DNA of 63,923 bases, the filler included, from Choristocarpus tenellus KU-1152 (taxonomy: Eukaryota > Protista > Phaeophyceae): assembly GCA_964200185.2 (NCBI GenBank). It is 10 parts of 10 records of this genome, joined end to end, with 100 filler letters (N's around TTAATTAATTAA, not from the genome) between each part and the next. Parts side by side here need not be neighbours in the genome. Positions count along the whole stretch, not along the records: positions 22,857 to 37,596 come from CAXNAD020001123.1; positions 37,697 to 41,182 come from CAXNAD020019704.1; 8 more parts are not named here. One strand, 5' to 3'. Both the position numbers and the translations under genes were made by a program. This document shows positions 26,001-39,289 of this stretch, one piece after another. Numbering within the stretch: the first letter of the stretch is position 1; the number at the start of each line of letters is the position of its first letter. The notes under the pieces were generated by a model. The model was not told the origin of the DNA, did not search any database, and worked only from the letters and a program-made list of their open reading frames with translations.

Positions 26001-27797
26001 GACTCAAGAGGATCACCTGCAACTAGAGCACTACTTGTGAATGATCATGTTACTGATTTGAGAAGACCAAGCACAACTAGGAGATATGTTTGAAATGGAG
26101 GGACAGGCATGGTGAGGAAGAGATTTACCGACACACCTGCTCAGCAATACCAATCCGGATGTTATCCATAACGTTTAAATTGAGATCCAGGTCTGGCTCC
26201 TGGGACAGGTACTTGACCCTGAGGCCTTCTTTTATCCATACCTCTCCATCGTGTTCCTTGTCTAATACCAAGGAAGGGAGAGGGAGGTAGGTGTGACGAG
26301 GAAATAATATTGATAGGTCCGGTTAAAGAGGCTCACACTACACTGCAGCATTGGTGTAAGCCCATGCTTACCTTAAAAGGACACCCCCAAAAATGTTAAG
26401 ATCAATAAGAGAGATGGGGATTACAGACAAACATCAAGTAGGAAAGGGTCTGGCTACAGAAGGTTTTGCGACTACACAGCGGAAACCTCAAGTTTGCAAC
26501 CTAGTCTGTATCACCAGCAAGAACTCGGGAGTAAAGGATACAGCCAGAAGAGTTGGTTGCGGGATGGTCACTGCAGCAGAGCACCAGACTCACGAACCCC
26601 TCTACCCACATATTTCACTGCCAGGTGCCTGCTGCCTGCCCAGGCACTTGAACACATCAAGTGCTCTTCAGTAGTGATTACTGCCCAGACTCGTTCCATG
26701 TAATCAAAAATATCAAACATGTCATATATCATTATCAAAATATCAAACATCTAAACATCAGTCATATCAATCTTTTGGGGCCTTTGATGCTTCAATATAT
26801 CGAATATAGCAATCGAATATCAAAATCTTGCTATCAATATTCAATATTGATAGCAATACTTGAAATGTAGACCACTGTTTATAGGCCTCGCTTCCCCAGA
26901 CCCCTGCAAGTTTGGAGGCTTCAAAGTCATGCAGGCTGGCTACCACTCATGAGACCATACCACAAAAAAGTACAGGAACGAGTGCTGCGATAAACTGTAA
27001 ACACTCACGGCATAGGCCTCTTTTGATGAGGATGAATGAACGTAGAAAATATTAGGTAGCTAAACGGAGGTCTACCCAAGCAAATTTAGGCATTGGCAGG
27101 TCTGGCTAGGCAGAAGAAACTATGTAAGGCAATACAGCCCAGCTGAAACTGCGTAGGTAGCCAGCACAAAGCATAGAAGACATCTTCAACAATTGTGTTG
27201 TTTACATAACCATGATATGCACCACTTCAATCTTCAGACAACCACCATATCGTCTGTTGCAGGGGTCCCTACACGGCTGGCTGAATGCCTTCACTCTGCA
27301 GCTATCTATTCCAATATACCAAAAATGCCATCCAATAATGCACTTGTGTGAAGGAGAGCAATAAACTAAACCAACCACCTAATGACATAACCACCGCGAA
27401 TTTATTACCAACAATTGCTTGTACTATTGAGTTTCGATTTTCTGAGTTTGATTCAAGCTCGATTATCAAACACTGAAATCAAACAATATATTTATCATCC
27501 ACCAATGATGCTAATGTTGTATGCTCACTGGCAGTTTGCAATGTCGTGAGGAGGGAGACAAACATAGAACACAACGGAAATTGTGTGAAGATATTAGTAG
27601 GTATCTCTAATTGTGTGAAGAATTTAGTAGGTATCTCTAGACACAGAGCGGTGGGTATCTACAACTCTTGTCATACCACCCCAAGCCCCTTCTACCTGTA
27701 TGTGTTGTCATATCAACCTCCTTTCCTTCTATCTCTGTAGTTACTTGAGATCTGAAAATAACAAAAGAGTATTTTGTAATTTCAATGAAATTACTCT

Positions 27798-27829
<32 letters not shown>

Positions 27830-27925
27830 CGGTGGGGGGGGATTTTTTGATAAAAAAAAAAAAAAAAATTATTGTTTTTTAATAATATAATAAAAAAAAA
27901 ATAATAGATAATTTTGATTTTATGG

Positions 27926-27969
<44 letters not shown>

Positions 27970-29382
27970 GGCGACGGTCCATTCGGGGCCAATTTTTCAA
28001 TATGAAAAAGTGAAGAGATCCTTCACCTTGCCATCGTCCGATATAGGGCACAATAATAACCACTGCTACCCAGCTACCCAGTCAGCTGTCACGTTTTTCG
28101 TCCAAGGGTGCATATGATCGCGCGACTGAAAAACGTACAAAAAACAAAAAAAACAAAAAAAACGAAAACACCTCACCCCCCAAAACTGACCCTTGTACAG
28201 TTTTTATAGCTTCACTCGGTTCTGCAAAAAAAAGTTGCTGCAGTGCTCTACAATGTTGTGCTTACAATAAGAACCATTTCCCCATTGAATCCAACACATT
28301 TTGACTTCTTTAGACAACACCAGCACTCCTGGCAACTAACTGTCTTGTTTCATAAAATGTTCGTTATACCTTGCTAGCACTTACACACTCCGAGATAAAA
28401 CAAACCATGTCCTCCCGTGAAAAGAATCGAGTACATAAGAGACCAACGCCGCATTAATTCAAAAGAAAATGTATGCACTGGTTACTCTACCCACAAAAGA
28501 GACTATTATGTGGGCATGCAGCCCTCCGCAAATGTACATACAAGTCCACACTGAAGGTCCCATTTGTTTTAGTCGTGATCCACTCAACATCAGTAGACTA
28601 AAAAAAAAGCGTTCATATATGAAGTGGGCGTCCCAGAAGCAGGCACATTTGTATAAAATAGTAGAGGCGTCCTTGTCTATGGAGCATCAATCCAACCAGC
28701 GTTTCGATTTGGGGTCGCGCAATGTTGGGGCAAATAGCAAATCCGCATCATCCTGCGGGATATTATTATGTTCCAATGTCCAACTTGAGTCGATCCCGCC
28801 CCCGCAGGATACATTTGTCGTACCTTGACCTGCGAGAATCTTTAGAACAGTACTCTTGCCGCTGCCGTTAACCCCAAGAACACCGATCTTAGCCCCGTGC
28901 GTAAAGCTGAGGCTCGCGTTACCAAAGAGCTCCCTCCCCCCAGGAAGCTGCTTACCCACCGATTTCATGCTCATCACATAGTCCTGGCTCTCCATTGCAG
29001 AAGAACCTCCCTTAGCCCCTCCTCCCTTTCCAGTCCTTCCTCCTCCACCACCCTTCGGTTTCTTGCCAGGTGCCTCCTTTACCCTGCTCCCATTCTTCCG
29101 TGTTCTCGAGCTCAGTCTCCTGGACACATTCGCAGCCCCACAACCCAATTTGTCGAGGATAGTGGGGGCTGCACGTGTCATTAATGCACTTGGGAAAATG
29201 TCATGGACCTCTCGTTTCTGTACAGGACCGCTTCGAACATGTGGGTAAGTGAAGACGACATTGCCTATTGGGCGCGGTCTTGGTACGGTCAGCGTTCTAC
29301 ATTGCCCTATTCTTCCCAGCGGTCTGAATGATCGCACCTCAGCTAACGACAAACCTACGGCTTTACGAAGCTGACGATACAT
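23007..29382 (-). CDS. ettA: EttA/ChvD (YjjK)-type ABC-F translation-factor ATPase with N-terminal organellar presequence; first ABC domain and linker only (contig ends)
   Basis: Exons 29382-28824, 26261-26137, 25654-25523, 24702-24539, 23650-23582 and 23136-23007, all GT-AG and phase-compatible. Motifs: [101 protein letters not shown]...YKGNYSEWL. These closely follow bacterial EttA. Confidence 0.93.
24806..25012. repeat. Intronic minisatellite, 9 x 23 bp (CAGTCCAAGGTACTAGTACAAYR)
   Basis: Nine contiguous units without spacers; each contains the palindrome GTACTAGTAC. Confidence 0.97.
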
Positions 29383-29627
29383 CTGTTCTCCAAGTATAAT
29401 GGAGTGCAGGTATTGATTGTTTGAAACCTTACAAAAAATGTCTCACCAATTAAAACGTTGAGTATGGAACTCCCAAAAAGGTTAGGGCAACATCATTCCC
29501 CATTCATCTCTCACTTTGTCGGGAAATGTCAGTTGGTATGATTGTGGACAGAGTATAACACACCGCATTGCAGCGTGGGAGATTTTCTTAGATATACCCA
29601 CTGTTTGCCAGCGGACTTCCCTTCACG
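29383..29627. promoter_or_regulatory. Putative bidirectional promoter between ettA and the PDZ-PH gene
   Basis: Only 245 bp separate the divergent ATGs at 29382 (-) and 29628 (+); a CCAAT lies near 29446. Confidence 0.55.
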
Positions 29628-32600
29628 ATGTCATTGGGTATCGTGAACCCATTCTCGCCCCGACCAGAAAATGATGGGGGTGGCGAAGTAGGTACGACTT
29701 TACCTTCTATAGGTAGTGGGGGCTTGGACCCTTTTGATACCCTCTTGTTTCAGCAGCCGCAACAGCAACAGCAACAGCAACCGATTCAGCTTCAGGGGTA
29801 TCAACCGCAGCCGATGCAGCAGCTTCCGATGGTGTCTCAAGAAAAGCCTTTGCCTTTTGTGTCGGAGAATACTCTCACCGTCTACCAGTCTCTGGGTAAC
29901 CAGCAACCAAATGTGGTTCAGGGTCCACCTGGAGCAGTGAACCAGATAAACCCTTTCGATGATATTTTCGCTTCTCCCCCGCCTCATACTTTCCAGGCAC
30001 AAAAGGCATCAGGCAATGTGTCCATGACTGCCTTGCCTAGCGTATCGTCATCACCACAGCAAGCACTTCAAGCGGATAACGTCGCACGTCAATGCGAGGT
30101 GATGGGCTTTAATCATTCTTCTTCCGATCTTACGTCAATAACTTCCCAACCTACTGGCGTGACAATGCAGGAGCATCGTTTGGTATCCCCCCAGAATTCA
30201 GCTGTTCCCCAACAAGGACCCCGTCAACACCATCAAAATCAGAATCATCCAGGACAAAGTGGGCAGGCTCCCATCGTTTCCACTATGCCAAATCCATTCG
30301 ATGAACTTTTCACATCGAATGGGGGGGATAATTTGGCGACGAACAATGGGGCAACCGGAACAGGACAATTAGCAATGGTGAGGTGGGGGCAGCAACCCCA
30401 ACAGCAGGCATGGCCAGCCAGCAATCAGGCGTGGCAACATCAAGAGCAGACATCACAGCACCCACAGCATCAGCAATGGCAACATCCACAAACAAGGGAA
30501 CCACAGCAGCCACGGCAGGTAAGTGTTCCAGCGTACATTTTCTATTTGGCATGACTGGTGTGTGGATGATTTAGACTTCGCTCCAAATGACTTCACTTCC
30601 CAAATTTGTTGCAAACGAAACAGTCCTCACCTTCCCATTCCGAGCATGAACTTCCTACCCTTCAAATATTCCTGCTGAATGTAGGTCTCATTGTTTTGAC
30701 ACTCATATTGAGCTTTTATCTTAGTCCGCATGCATTATGTTTTGCCGTTCACGCCCTCCATCAGGCTCAAGTTGACCAATTAGGCGGACTGTTTGATCAG
30801 TTCACCCCATTTGCACAGCCTCAGCAACAACAGCAGCCTCAATATCCCCTTCAACAAGTACAACATCAATCAAAGGTGTGGTTCTGGTTGGTTTGGGTTG
30901 CCATCGGTCTAAACCCTGATACTGCTATGGTTCACCCACATGAGCCTGTGGCATGAGAATGTGTGCAACCCAATATCATATTTTCCACAGAATATGTAGG
31001 GTTCTCTGTGATACATGTCTTCTTCCCCAAATGCCTACTCACACACAACCTTGTGCCTTCTCCCCCCACCCACCCTTTCTTTCCCTTCAGGGCAGTGCCT
31101 CAGGTAAGGCTGGTATCAACACCTCATCTTCCGAATTTGACCCATTCGATCTCTTTTCTGATACTAGAGGTTCAGCAGCCCAAACAGGGACTGGGAATGG
31201 GAATGGTACTGGGAACAGCAACAAGTCTGGGAGGAGAGAGGAGGGTGGGGGCAGAGATGACGAGAGGGGCAGGCACAGGACTGTTGGGGAAGTGAGGAGA
31301 AAGGGGAGTGAAGACTGGGGGAGGGGAAGGGAGAGGGGCAGGCACAGGAGTGTGGCGCCAGTGGGGAAGGAGTCAAGGGGAAAGGGTAGGACGAGTTCTG
31401 TGGGTGTACAGTCTCGAGCGAAGGTCAGACGTCCATCTCCTCCCCAACAAAGTTTGCAGGGTGGCCGTAGTCTGAAGAGAATTGGTGGAAGCAGGTATGT
31501 TTGCTTGTGTGGTGATGTTTTTGAAGGGGGGGAGTTTTACGGATGGTTGAACTTGATAGGTAGATTCCAGATTTATCTTTTTTTCTGTGTATTATGTGTG
31601 AAAACAAGGTCAGTTCTCTATGTATTTTGATGGTTGTTTAAGTTTGTACTGATAGGTCGGTCAGCTAGAGTACCTGATCATATTCAAAGGGTTCTTTTTG
31701 CCCATGCGGTTTTGAATTTGGCTACACAAATGTGTGCCTTAGTTGGACTGTCTTGTCCAGGTCATACTTTACTATGTGCACTACATTTATGCTGTACATT
31801 CATTCATGCAATATTCCCACTAGTGATAAGAGTCGCAACATGATATTAACACTATTAACACTGACCTATCGCGTGATTAATGAATAGCTACTGTGGTTTA
31901 GGGTTTAAAGGTCTTACCTTGATTGTGTGATCTGTATGAAGTTACTCCAAAGTATTAATTGGTATTGTTACAGTATTGTTACAGTATCATCACCCTGTCA
32001 AGCAGTGACCCACAGTTATCCCTTTTAAGATCAAGAGATGGGTTGTTGCAGGTGCACATGGATAATTATGTAAGCATGATACATTTTCTTTGATAGTATT
32101 AACAATATTAACGTATGTGCACTGCAATAAGTATGATGTTCGATGACATCTCACAAACATGTGAAGTATTTTCATCTGCTATGTTCGTAAGTGTGTACTA
32201 CCTCTTGGATATGACATTAAATAGAGAGGTGGCAAAGTGGGTGGTACGTTTTGAATATGAGATACAATTGACAGTATGATAGGCTTGACTTAGAGCAACA
32301 GTAGAGTATAATCATACCGACATGCTGACCTCCTTACATTTAGTCAGCACCACTCCCTGGTTTCTCAAAAATATCAGCAACCCAGGAAAATTTTGGGGTT
32401 GTTTTTATTCCGTACTCCTCAACCTGTGGACTGTTCAGTAGTGTCAAATCCCACCTGTGCTTTATCCTGACCTTGTTGAAGTTAGTGACACTACTAATCC
32501 GATCAAGAGGCTCTACTCTACCTTGGCTTACATGGTTGGTATTGACATATTTTTGTACCTGGAGTGGAGATGTCTTTTTCGTGAGTCACAATAGATGACT

Positions 32601-35600
32601 GCCTGAATGTACCCTAGCCAATTTCGTTGGCAGAGCGGTATGACATGATGTGTAATGATATTGACAATATTATACAATATCCTTGTACTGTCAACTATCC
32701 CACCAGACACTGAAATTGTCATGGCCATAGTGAATGCCAATATTGATATTGTTTGATTTTGTCGTGGGTCGCTGCCAATACCACACTTACAATCATCACC
32801 GGTTGGTTCTAATGTCTGAAAACTATGCGCAATTTAATGTAGTATAGAGCAGTGGCTTCCAGCCTTTGTCCAGTCCATCATATTGGTAGCTTCATCTGAT
32901 ACTGCATAGCATTGTCATTGTTTGCTTTGTTAGGGATAGAGCGCCAAACAGTACTTGTGTGTGTCTGTGTAGGTGGAGGCATGAGTTTCTGATGTGTTGA
33001 TGACAGCATTGGTGTGCTCCTTGCTAATGAGTAGTCTGCTGTATGTAGTTACACGAGATGGCCACTGCAACCAGGAAATCTACCTCCAAATTTGGGAAAT
33101 ATGGTGGTGGTGGTTGAATATGCAGACATTTAGGGGCTGAATGATATCTTGTCCATTTTTTTTAATAGAAAATCTATCACTGACTCTTACCAAAACCTTC
33201 TAGAATTTTTTTTTATTCCTACCGTGTGGAAAACAGTGGGCGGGAGGGATCAACAACAGATCCTCACTTGCTTGTCTAATGATTGTTACATGATACTGCA
33301 GTATAGGTATCCCTAGACCAAGGGAGATACAGTGATATTCTGGTGCTTTTAGTATTGCTGCCATCACTAATAAAGATGCCCATTGTTAGCTTTACCAGCC
33401 ACAGGGAGAGTAAACCTGAGAGATAGTAAATTTAGTCTACACTTACTCTTCGGCCATGTTTCAGCTACATGCAGTTTAGTTGGGTGCATTTTTCATTAGA
33501 ATGCTTGTGAGACTGTAATTTTGGAAGAGGAGGGGGGAAATGATGTGTGTTTTTTCTATCATGCTGTCCCCTGTGCTACTTGCTGTGGAGAGTGAGCCTT
33601 CTCAGATACCATACATTGCTGTCCCTGAGAAAATGAAAACGATATCTATTTGTTGATAGAAGTGTTTGCACCTTCATCATTGTTTTGGCTCTGGACAAGA
33701 TGGGACACACAAGCAAGCTGCCCCCTGGTGGTGACATGCAACAGAAACACGTTTATTAGGTTACACTACACAATTGAGAAAAGCATGTTATATTGGCAGT
33801 TTGGAGTGAGAGGAGAAATATAAATGCTTTTCACGGCCTGTGACTGGGTGCCTTTGTTTTGAAGCACAGTAACAGTATGTGACTGGATGCATGCAGGTGT
33901 GAGGCTGGTTATGCACAAAACTTGTGATCAGATGGTTGTACCAGCAAGAGGGATTGGGAGGACCGGTTCAAGCATGTGTTGTGTAGTTGCACTTGTGATT
34001 TGTGATGGTCTAGCTGTTCTTTGAGCATCACATCGATTGTGGCATGTATGTGATGAGAGGGTGTTCATGTGTGTTTTGAGCAATTATTCTAGGATGTTGT
34101 GAACAGAAGTTTAATGAAGACGTGAGGTTCCTAAATGGTTAGCTCTAAGGGGTATTAAAACCTTGAGGTTCTTGATTGGCAAATGCAGTGGTGGTGGATG
34201 ATTCAGTAACTTTTGTCAGGAAGAGTGATGATAATGTTTGTCATGATCAAGGAATTTTGAATCGCTCAGTAGTAAGACACCAAAAAAGATCTAGCATCAA
34301 CACTACTATGGTCCTGAGGAAATTGATGAGGAAAAGGACGTGGAGAAGGAGATTACATTTTTTTATGTTGAGTATAGATGCAAACAGTGTATCCTCTCCC
34401 CAATCGACATGATCAAATCCACCCCATCTGCAACAGTTAATAGTAGTACTCCAGATTCCATAGCTCCTACCACAGATTGTCACGGAAAGAGCACATGTTT
34501 TATTCCAGCATGAATCTCTTCCCTACTAGTCATTTTGTTGAACTACCCCCTGGCCCCTATCAGGTCACCAGATGGTGATCCATTTGATCATGACAATGGA
34601 CACCATGGCCCAGTGCACTCAAGAAGGTTGCAGCGCAAGGGTAGCAAGGACAGCAGCACCTCCAGTCTACGGGGTTATGCACGTTCCAACACCATCATTG
34701 GGGTATGATATCTGTAACACCTCTGTAACACCTCTCTTCCTGGTTGTTTTGATTTATTATAATAGTCTCCCCCCCCTCCTCTCTCCCTCTGGTGTGATGC
34801 TTTCTTTGCATCATAGTACACGTGCAACTAGGACATATAAAAAACTCAAGCAAGAATGGGCTTGATAATGAAAAATTTGTAGGCGTACCACACCTGTACT
34901 GCTGTAACACAGCATCAATTCACTGTCACGAGTATTTGATGTGGGCATTGATCGATACATAACTGACTTTAGTTGACTTTAGTCAGATCAGTATTTTCAT
35001 TATCAGCGGCTGAGTTGGGCTGTTGTAGCACAATCTTCATTGGATTCCTCTACAATCGGGTGCAAAACTGGTTTGTAGACTAATCTCTATCCCTCCCAAA
35101 ACACACACGCTGAGTTGAAATTGCTTCTCATTTGTGACATGACATGCTCATTCGAGGAAAAGGTATTAAAAACAGTCCTAGCCATGTTGTAGCAGTCAGG
35201 CACCCATAGAGACAAGAAGGCTCTTTCAATGGGCGTTCAATCTTCTTTGCCTTGACACCAGTAGCAACAACTAATGATCTCAGTCTCCCTTCCCCCCCCC
35301 CCCTTCCCAACTGTTTTTCCCATGGATGGTGTTAATGCGATCATTGTTTGAAGATGTCTGGCAATAGCTCTGATGGAGATGATGACCTTGGGATTCAGGG
35401 GGGGGGTAGAGGACACAGGAATGGTAACAAAGACAGACATGGACATGACTATGGGTATGGTCTAGGGGAGGAAGAGGATGATGATGATGATGATGACGAT
35501 GACGATGATGATGACCTGAGTGTGTTTACTCCTGAGGGGCTTGACATGAGGGGGGGTATGGGTGTGGGATCTGTTGGGGCAAGGCGTGAGAAGGTCAAGT

Positions 35601-37341
35601 ATGTGGTGGAGTTTGAGGTGAGGAGGGAGGTACTATCGACAATGAGCAATGAGAGGAGGGAGAGAGATAGGAGCAGTGTGAGAATGTGTCTGGAGTGTTG
35701 AAGTTTTTGCTATGCCTTGCTGTACCATTGTTGTACAATAGAGATGTTGGGTTGGGTGCAGAGCATGGTTTGACCCTCTGAGAGGTGTTTGTTGTTCCTG
35801 GTGCTTTTGGTGTTAGTTCCTGACAGTATTAGTAGTATATAATAGTAGTACAATAGTTGTGCATACCTCCCTATGCGGTCTTCACTTCAAGTTTGTGTAC
35901 TCTTCTATTCTTTAATCAATCAACCTCCTTGTTGAATAACTTCCTGGACCCCTCTCCAGATTTTATCATCCTTCTGCCCCTCCCTTCCCCCGGCACTGCC
36001 GTTATTGAATCTCTCTGTACTTGGGGGCACTTCTGTGTGTATGGTATATGTTTGATAGCATGAACGTAAGCTGGGAATGCTTCTTGAGCGTCAGGACGAA
36101 TGGGATGGGACAAGTGAGGCTCGTTCTGAGCGCGCAATTGTGAAAATGGTTGTGGATAATGGACCAGCACAGGTAAGCCTAACTGGACCCAAGGGACGGG
36201 TTGCCATGGTAGGCAGATGTGTTATCAGATGCGTTATCCTGTTGGCGTTGAGTTTAGTGAGAGATGTGACATTTAGTGATTCCATTTGAATAGGTTGATA
36301 TTGAGATGGGACTCAGTAGTGTGTTGTGGCGGGGTAGGGTGTCATGAGGAGGAAGTGCTAGTAGTGGTCAGGGTCCTGATGTTTGGTTGATGTACTTGGG
36401 AGTAGATGCCTATGGTAGGCACTTATTTAGTGTTTGGTGTCTGGTAACATGTAATAAGAGATGAGAGAAGGGGGGGTGTTTCTTTGCTTGGATTCAGGGT
36501 AAACAACAAGACCATTAACCCTACTTAAGAGATTAGGTACTAACTTTCTTGTATGCAAAGAGCACTCTGCAGCTCAGGAAGAGCCCTACATTTCCTGCCT
36601 ATAGACCATGCCAGATACACACACAGTGCTCCCCCCACTGACTACCCCATCCCACCCACCTACCCGCAAACGGTGATGGCCCGCTAATGTTTTGCTAAAC
36701 GTGCCTAAACATTAGTCTCGAGGGGTGACAGTGGGCAGCAAGGTATTGGCAGTGAATGGGCAGAGTGTGGCAGGGCTCACATATCAAGAGACCTTGGAAA
36801 GAATCAAGGTGGGTGGGATCGGAGAGTGTTAAGGTGGTAGCTTCTCAAGTGCTGTGAAAGCTTTTCCCCAGAAATTGCTTTTGGAGGGGTGGATGCGAGG
36901 CTGTCGTTTAGGGTGGATGTTAAGATGTTTGTCATAGAACTTCGTCGGGGAGATTCTGGAGGCAGTTTGAGATGGTACTATTTGCAGATTAGGTGTTCGT
37001 TACTCTTTGTTTGCCCTTGAGTTATGTCAGTTATGTCCCCCTCCCACTTATTTGCGGCCTTACTTGGTGCTCCCGCTATTGGTGTTGTTTGTGTCTGACT
37101 ACTATTAGTGTTTGTTTACCGATGCGCATGCCTTGGTGGATGTATCTTGCAGGAGGCCCCACGCCCTCTCCAGGTGCAGTTTCAAAGGGGAGAGCACAGA
37201 GAGGAGGACAATGTAGGTGTTTGCTTATTCAAGAAGACAATAGGAGTGCCTCGAAGCTACAGGGCATGGCAACACCGATACTTTGTACTTGGTGGTGCAG
37301 TGGCTAAGGCACATGTGCTCCAGATCTATGTATCAAAGCAG
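29628..37341 (+). CDS. Q/P-rich NPF/DPF-motif protein with a PDZ domain and the start of a PH domain (putative endocytic adaptor); 3'-truncated
   Basis: Exons 29628-30518, 30765-30875, 31091-31494, ~35368-35617 (acceptor uncertain), 36059-36172, 36716-36808 and 37153-37341. PDZ: KYVVEFE|HERKLGMLLE...IVKMVVDNGPAQ|SRGVTVGSKVLAVNGQSVAGLTYQETLERIK|EAPRPLQVQF. PH start: VGVCLFKK...RAWQHRYFVLG...VLQIY. Confidence 0.85.
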
Positions 37342-37574
37342 GTATGTGGGGGTTGAGGTGTGTATTTTGTAGGGGTGAGTTTGTGCTCTCTGGAATTGTG
37401 TACGCTTGAGACGTTCTTGATGGTCTTACTGTGGACCAACTTGTCCTCGGGCATACTTTCATCTCCAGTAGATGCTTTTGTTAAGAAATCAAGCTTCTGA
37501 ATATATTTGTACCATAGTCTGTTCACATGGTGGCATCGCATTCATCACAATGTGCGTATTCCATTTCTTCCCAT

Positions 37575-37596
37575 GGGTCAAAGTATCTGGGGGGGG
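37575..37596. mobile_element. Family B TIR at contig end
   Basis: GGGTCAAAGTATCTGGGGGGGG. The same terminus ends contigs at 44436-44503, 44604-44675 (reverse), 54623-54642 and 63902-63923. Confidence 0.75.
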
Positions 37597-37789
37597 NNNN
37601 NNNNNNNNNNNNNNNNNNNNNNNNNNNNNNNNNNNNNNNNTTAATTAATTAANNNNNNNNNNNNNNNNNNNNNNNNNNNNNNNNNNNNNNNNNNNNTAGT
37701 GATTAGTTTGAATGAGAAATTTTCTCATATAAGAAATATTTCTGATTTTATGAGGCCTTTCATGCTCCTCCTAAATTTAATCAATCACT

Positions 37790-39230
37790 CTACAGACACC
37801 AAGCAATCCGCCGGGTTTATCACCTTTATCGTCTTTGATGATATTGGGGATACGTTATAGTACACCTACAGACTAGGAAGGGATTTGAACGCACAGTAGC
37901 CCTAACCCGTCGATAATTCATTTGGCCCTCACTGCACAAAGACACGCAGCATTATGTTTTATCATGTGGCTGTCGCAGACGAAAGAGGACTAGGAAGGCA
38001 CAAGTGGCAATGCTGCTAGCCAAGTTCCTGGAACCATGGGATGTATTTGAAATAGATCTACAAGATGTGGGACACATCTCAGCAAAAGTCAATAAGTATC
38101 TATTAATTGTGATTGATAGAGCTTCGAGAATCCTTTTTGCATTCCAATGGCGTCAAAGGAAGCAACTGGAGTAGCAACAAACGTGTTGAATTATGTCTAA
38201 CATTTGGGATCCTTCCGTCAATTCGTGGCAATGCAGGAGGGGAGTTCACAGGAGACATAATGAATCACCTTTGTCGTTGGCTGAAGGTCCCTATCAATTA
38301 TGGGGAGTGGAAGAGATGGGAGGTCTGCGTTTAGAAGTCCATTCGGAACTATGTGTAAAGTGGCCAGATAGATGGGATGAGTACGTATCTCTGGCATGTT
38401 GGGAGCAACGCACTACTCCATACCCATCTGACCCCCTCAATCCCACCCCCTTCCAAGTCTTGTTTGGCTGTGATCCTCGCACAGAGCTTGATACTGTCAT
38501 ACCCAAGTTGGATGGGGACATAGAGGTTGGAGGATTGGATTCCTTTATTGAGTAAAGCAGACAGAACTTCTTGGAGGTACGAGAAGTCCTGGAGAGACGG
38601 ATGTCTACAAGACAGAAATACAGAGAGAGAGCCAATGCTTTGATTTCTAGGTCTTCCCCAAGACTCGGATCCAAACCAGGTGACCTAGTTCTAGTGAATG
38701 AAGCAGACAGCTCTGTCCATGGGGAAAACCTAGGTGAGACAAGAGTAGGCAGAAAGCTAGTCCGTGAAAGATGGACGGGACCGTAGACTGTAAAGGAAAT
38801 TTCATATCAGAGTAGCGGCATGACAGTCGAACTGCTAGGTAGGCAAACACGTACTCGTAATGTTCATGCTTCTTATGTGAAACCCTCCCACGTAAGGCCT
38901 ACCCATCTTAGACATAGCTTCCAAGAAGAATACGCCCAACTAGTGTGGGAATCGGACCTGGGTCAATCAGAGCAATCCGTGGTAGCAACCCCCTATGTAC
39001 ACTCATACAGATAGGAAAGCAGTATTGTTGCCGTCCAATGTATGGCACTGGGAGGACCGGGGGAAGTATCAGAATGAAGAGTTGTCAGACTGGGTAACCG
39101 AGAAAGAGGCTAGGGATAGCTTCAACCCACTACAGTTATTAGATGTCTTCCATGCCCTCTGGGACCTCTATAATCCAGACACAAGCCCACGTCCTACTGA
39201 TCCCTGGATCTACCCTCGGCACCTTCTCAG
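37790..39230 (+). mobile_element. Degenerate Ty3/Gypsy LTR-retrotransposon integrase with GPY/F region and chromodomain-like C-terminus
   Basis: Zn-binding region GFERTVALTRR*FIWPSLHKDTQHYVLSCGCRRRK; core PWDVFEIDLQDVG...NKYLLIVIDRASR, GGEFTGDIMNHLCRWLKV, WPDRWDEYV...TPFQVLFG; PGDLVLV...ERWTGP; WHWEDRGKYQNEELSDWVTE. Multiple stops and frameshifts. Confidence 0.9.
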
Positions 39231-39289
39231 TCTAGAGGCGACAGAAAAACAGTTACTGTGTGACACTCAGTGCGATGTTAGGTGACGAG

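Noticed and set aside
27790-27970. Long G-runs as a G-quadruplex locus
   Set aside because: G/A/T homopolymer noise beside a family B terminus looks like low-quality read ends joined by the assembler, so run lengths are unreliable.
23007-29382. Bacterial contamination as the source of ettA
   Set aside because: The gene has at least six spliceosomal introns and a eukaryotic neighbour on the same contig.
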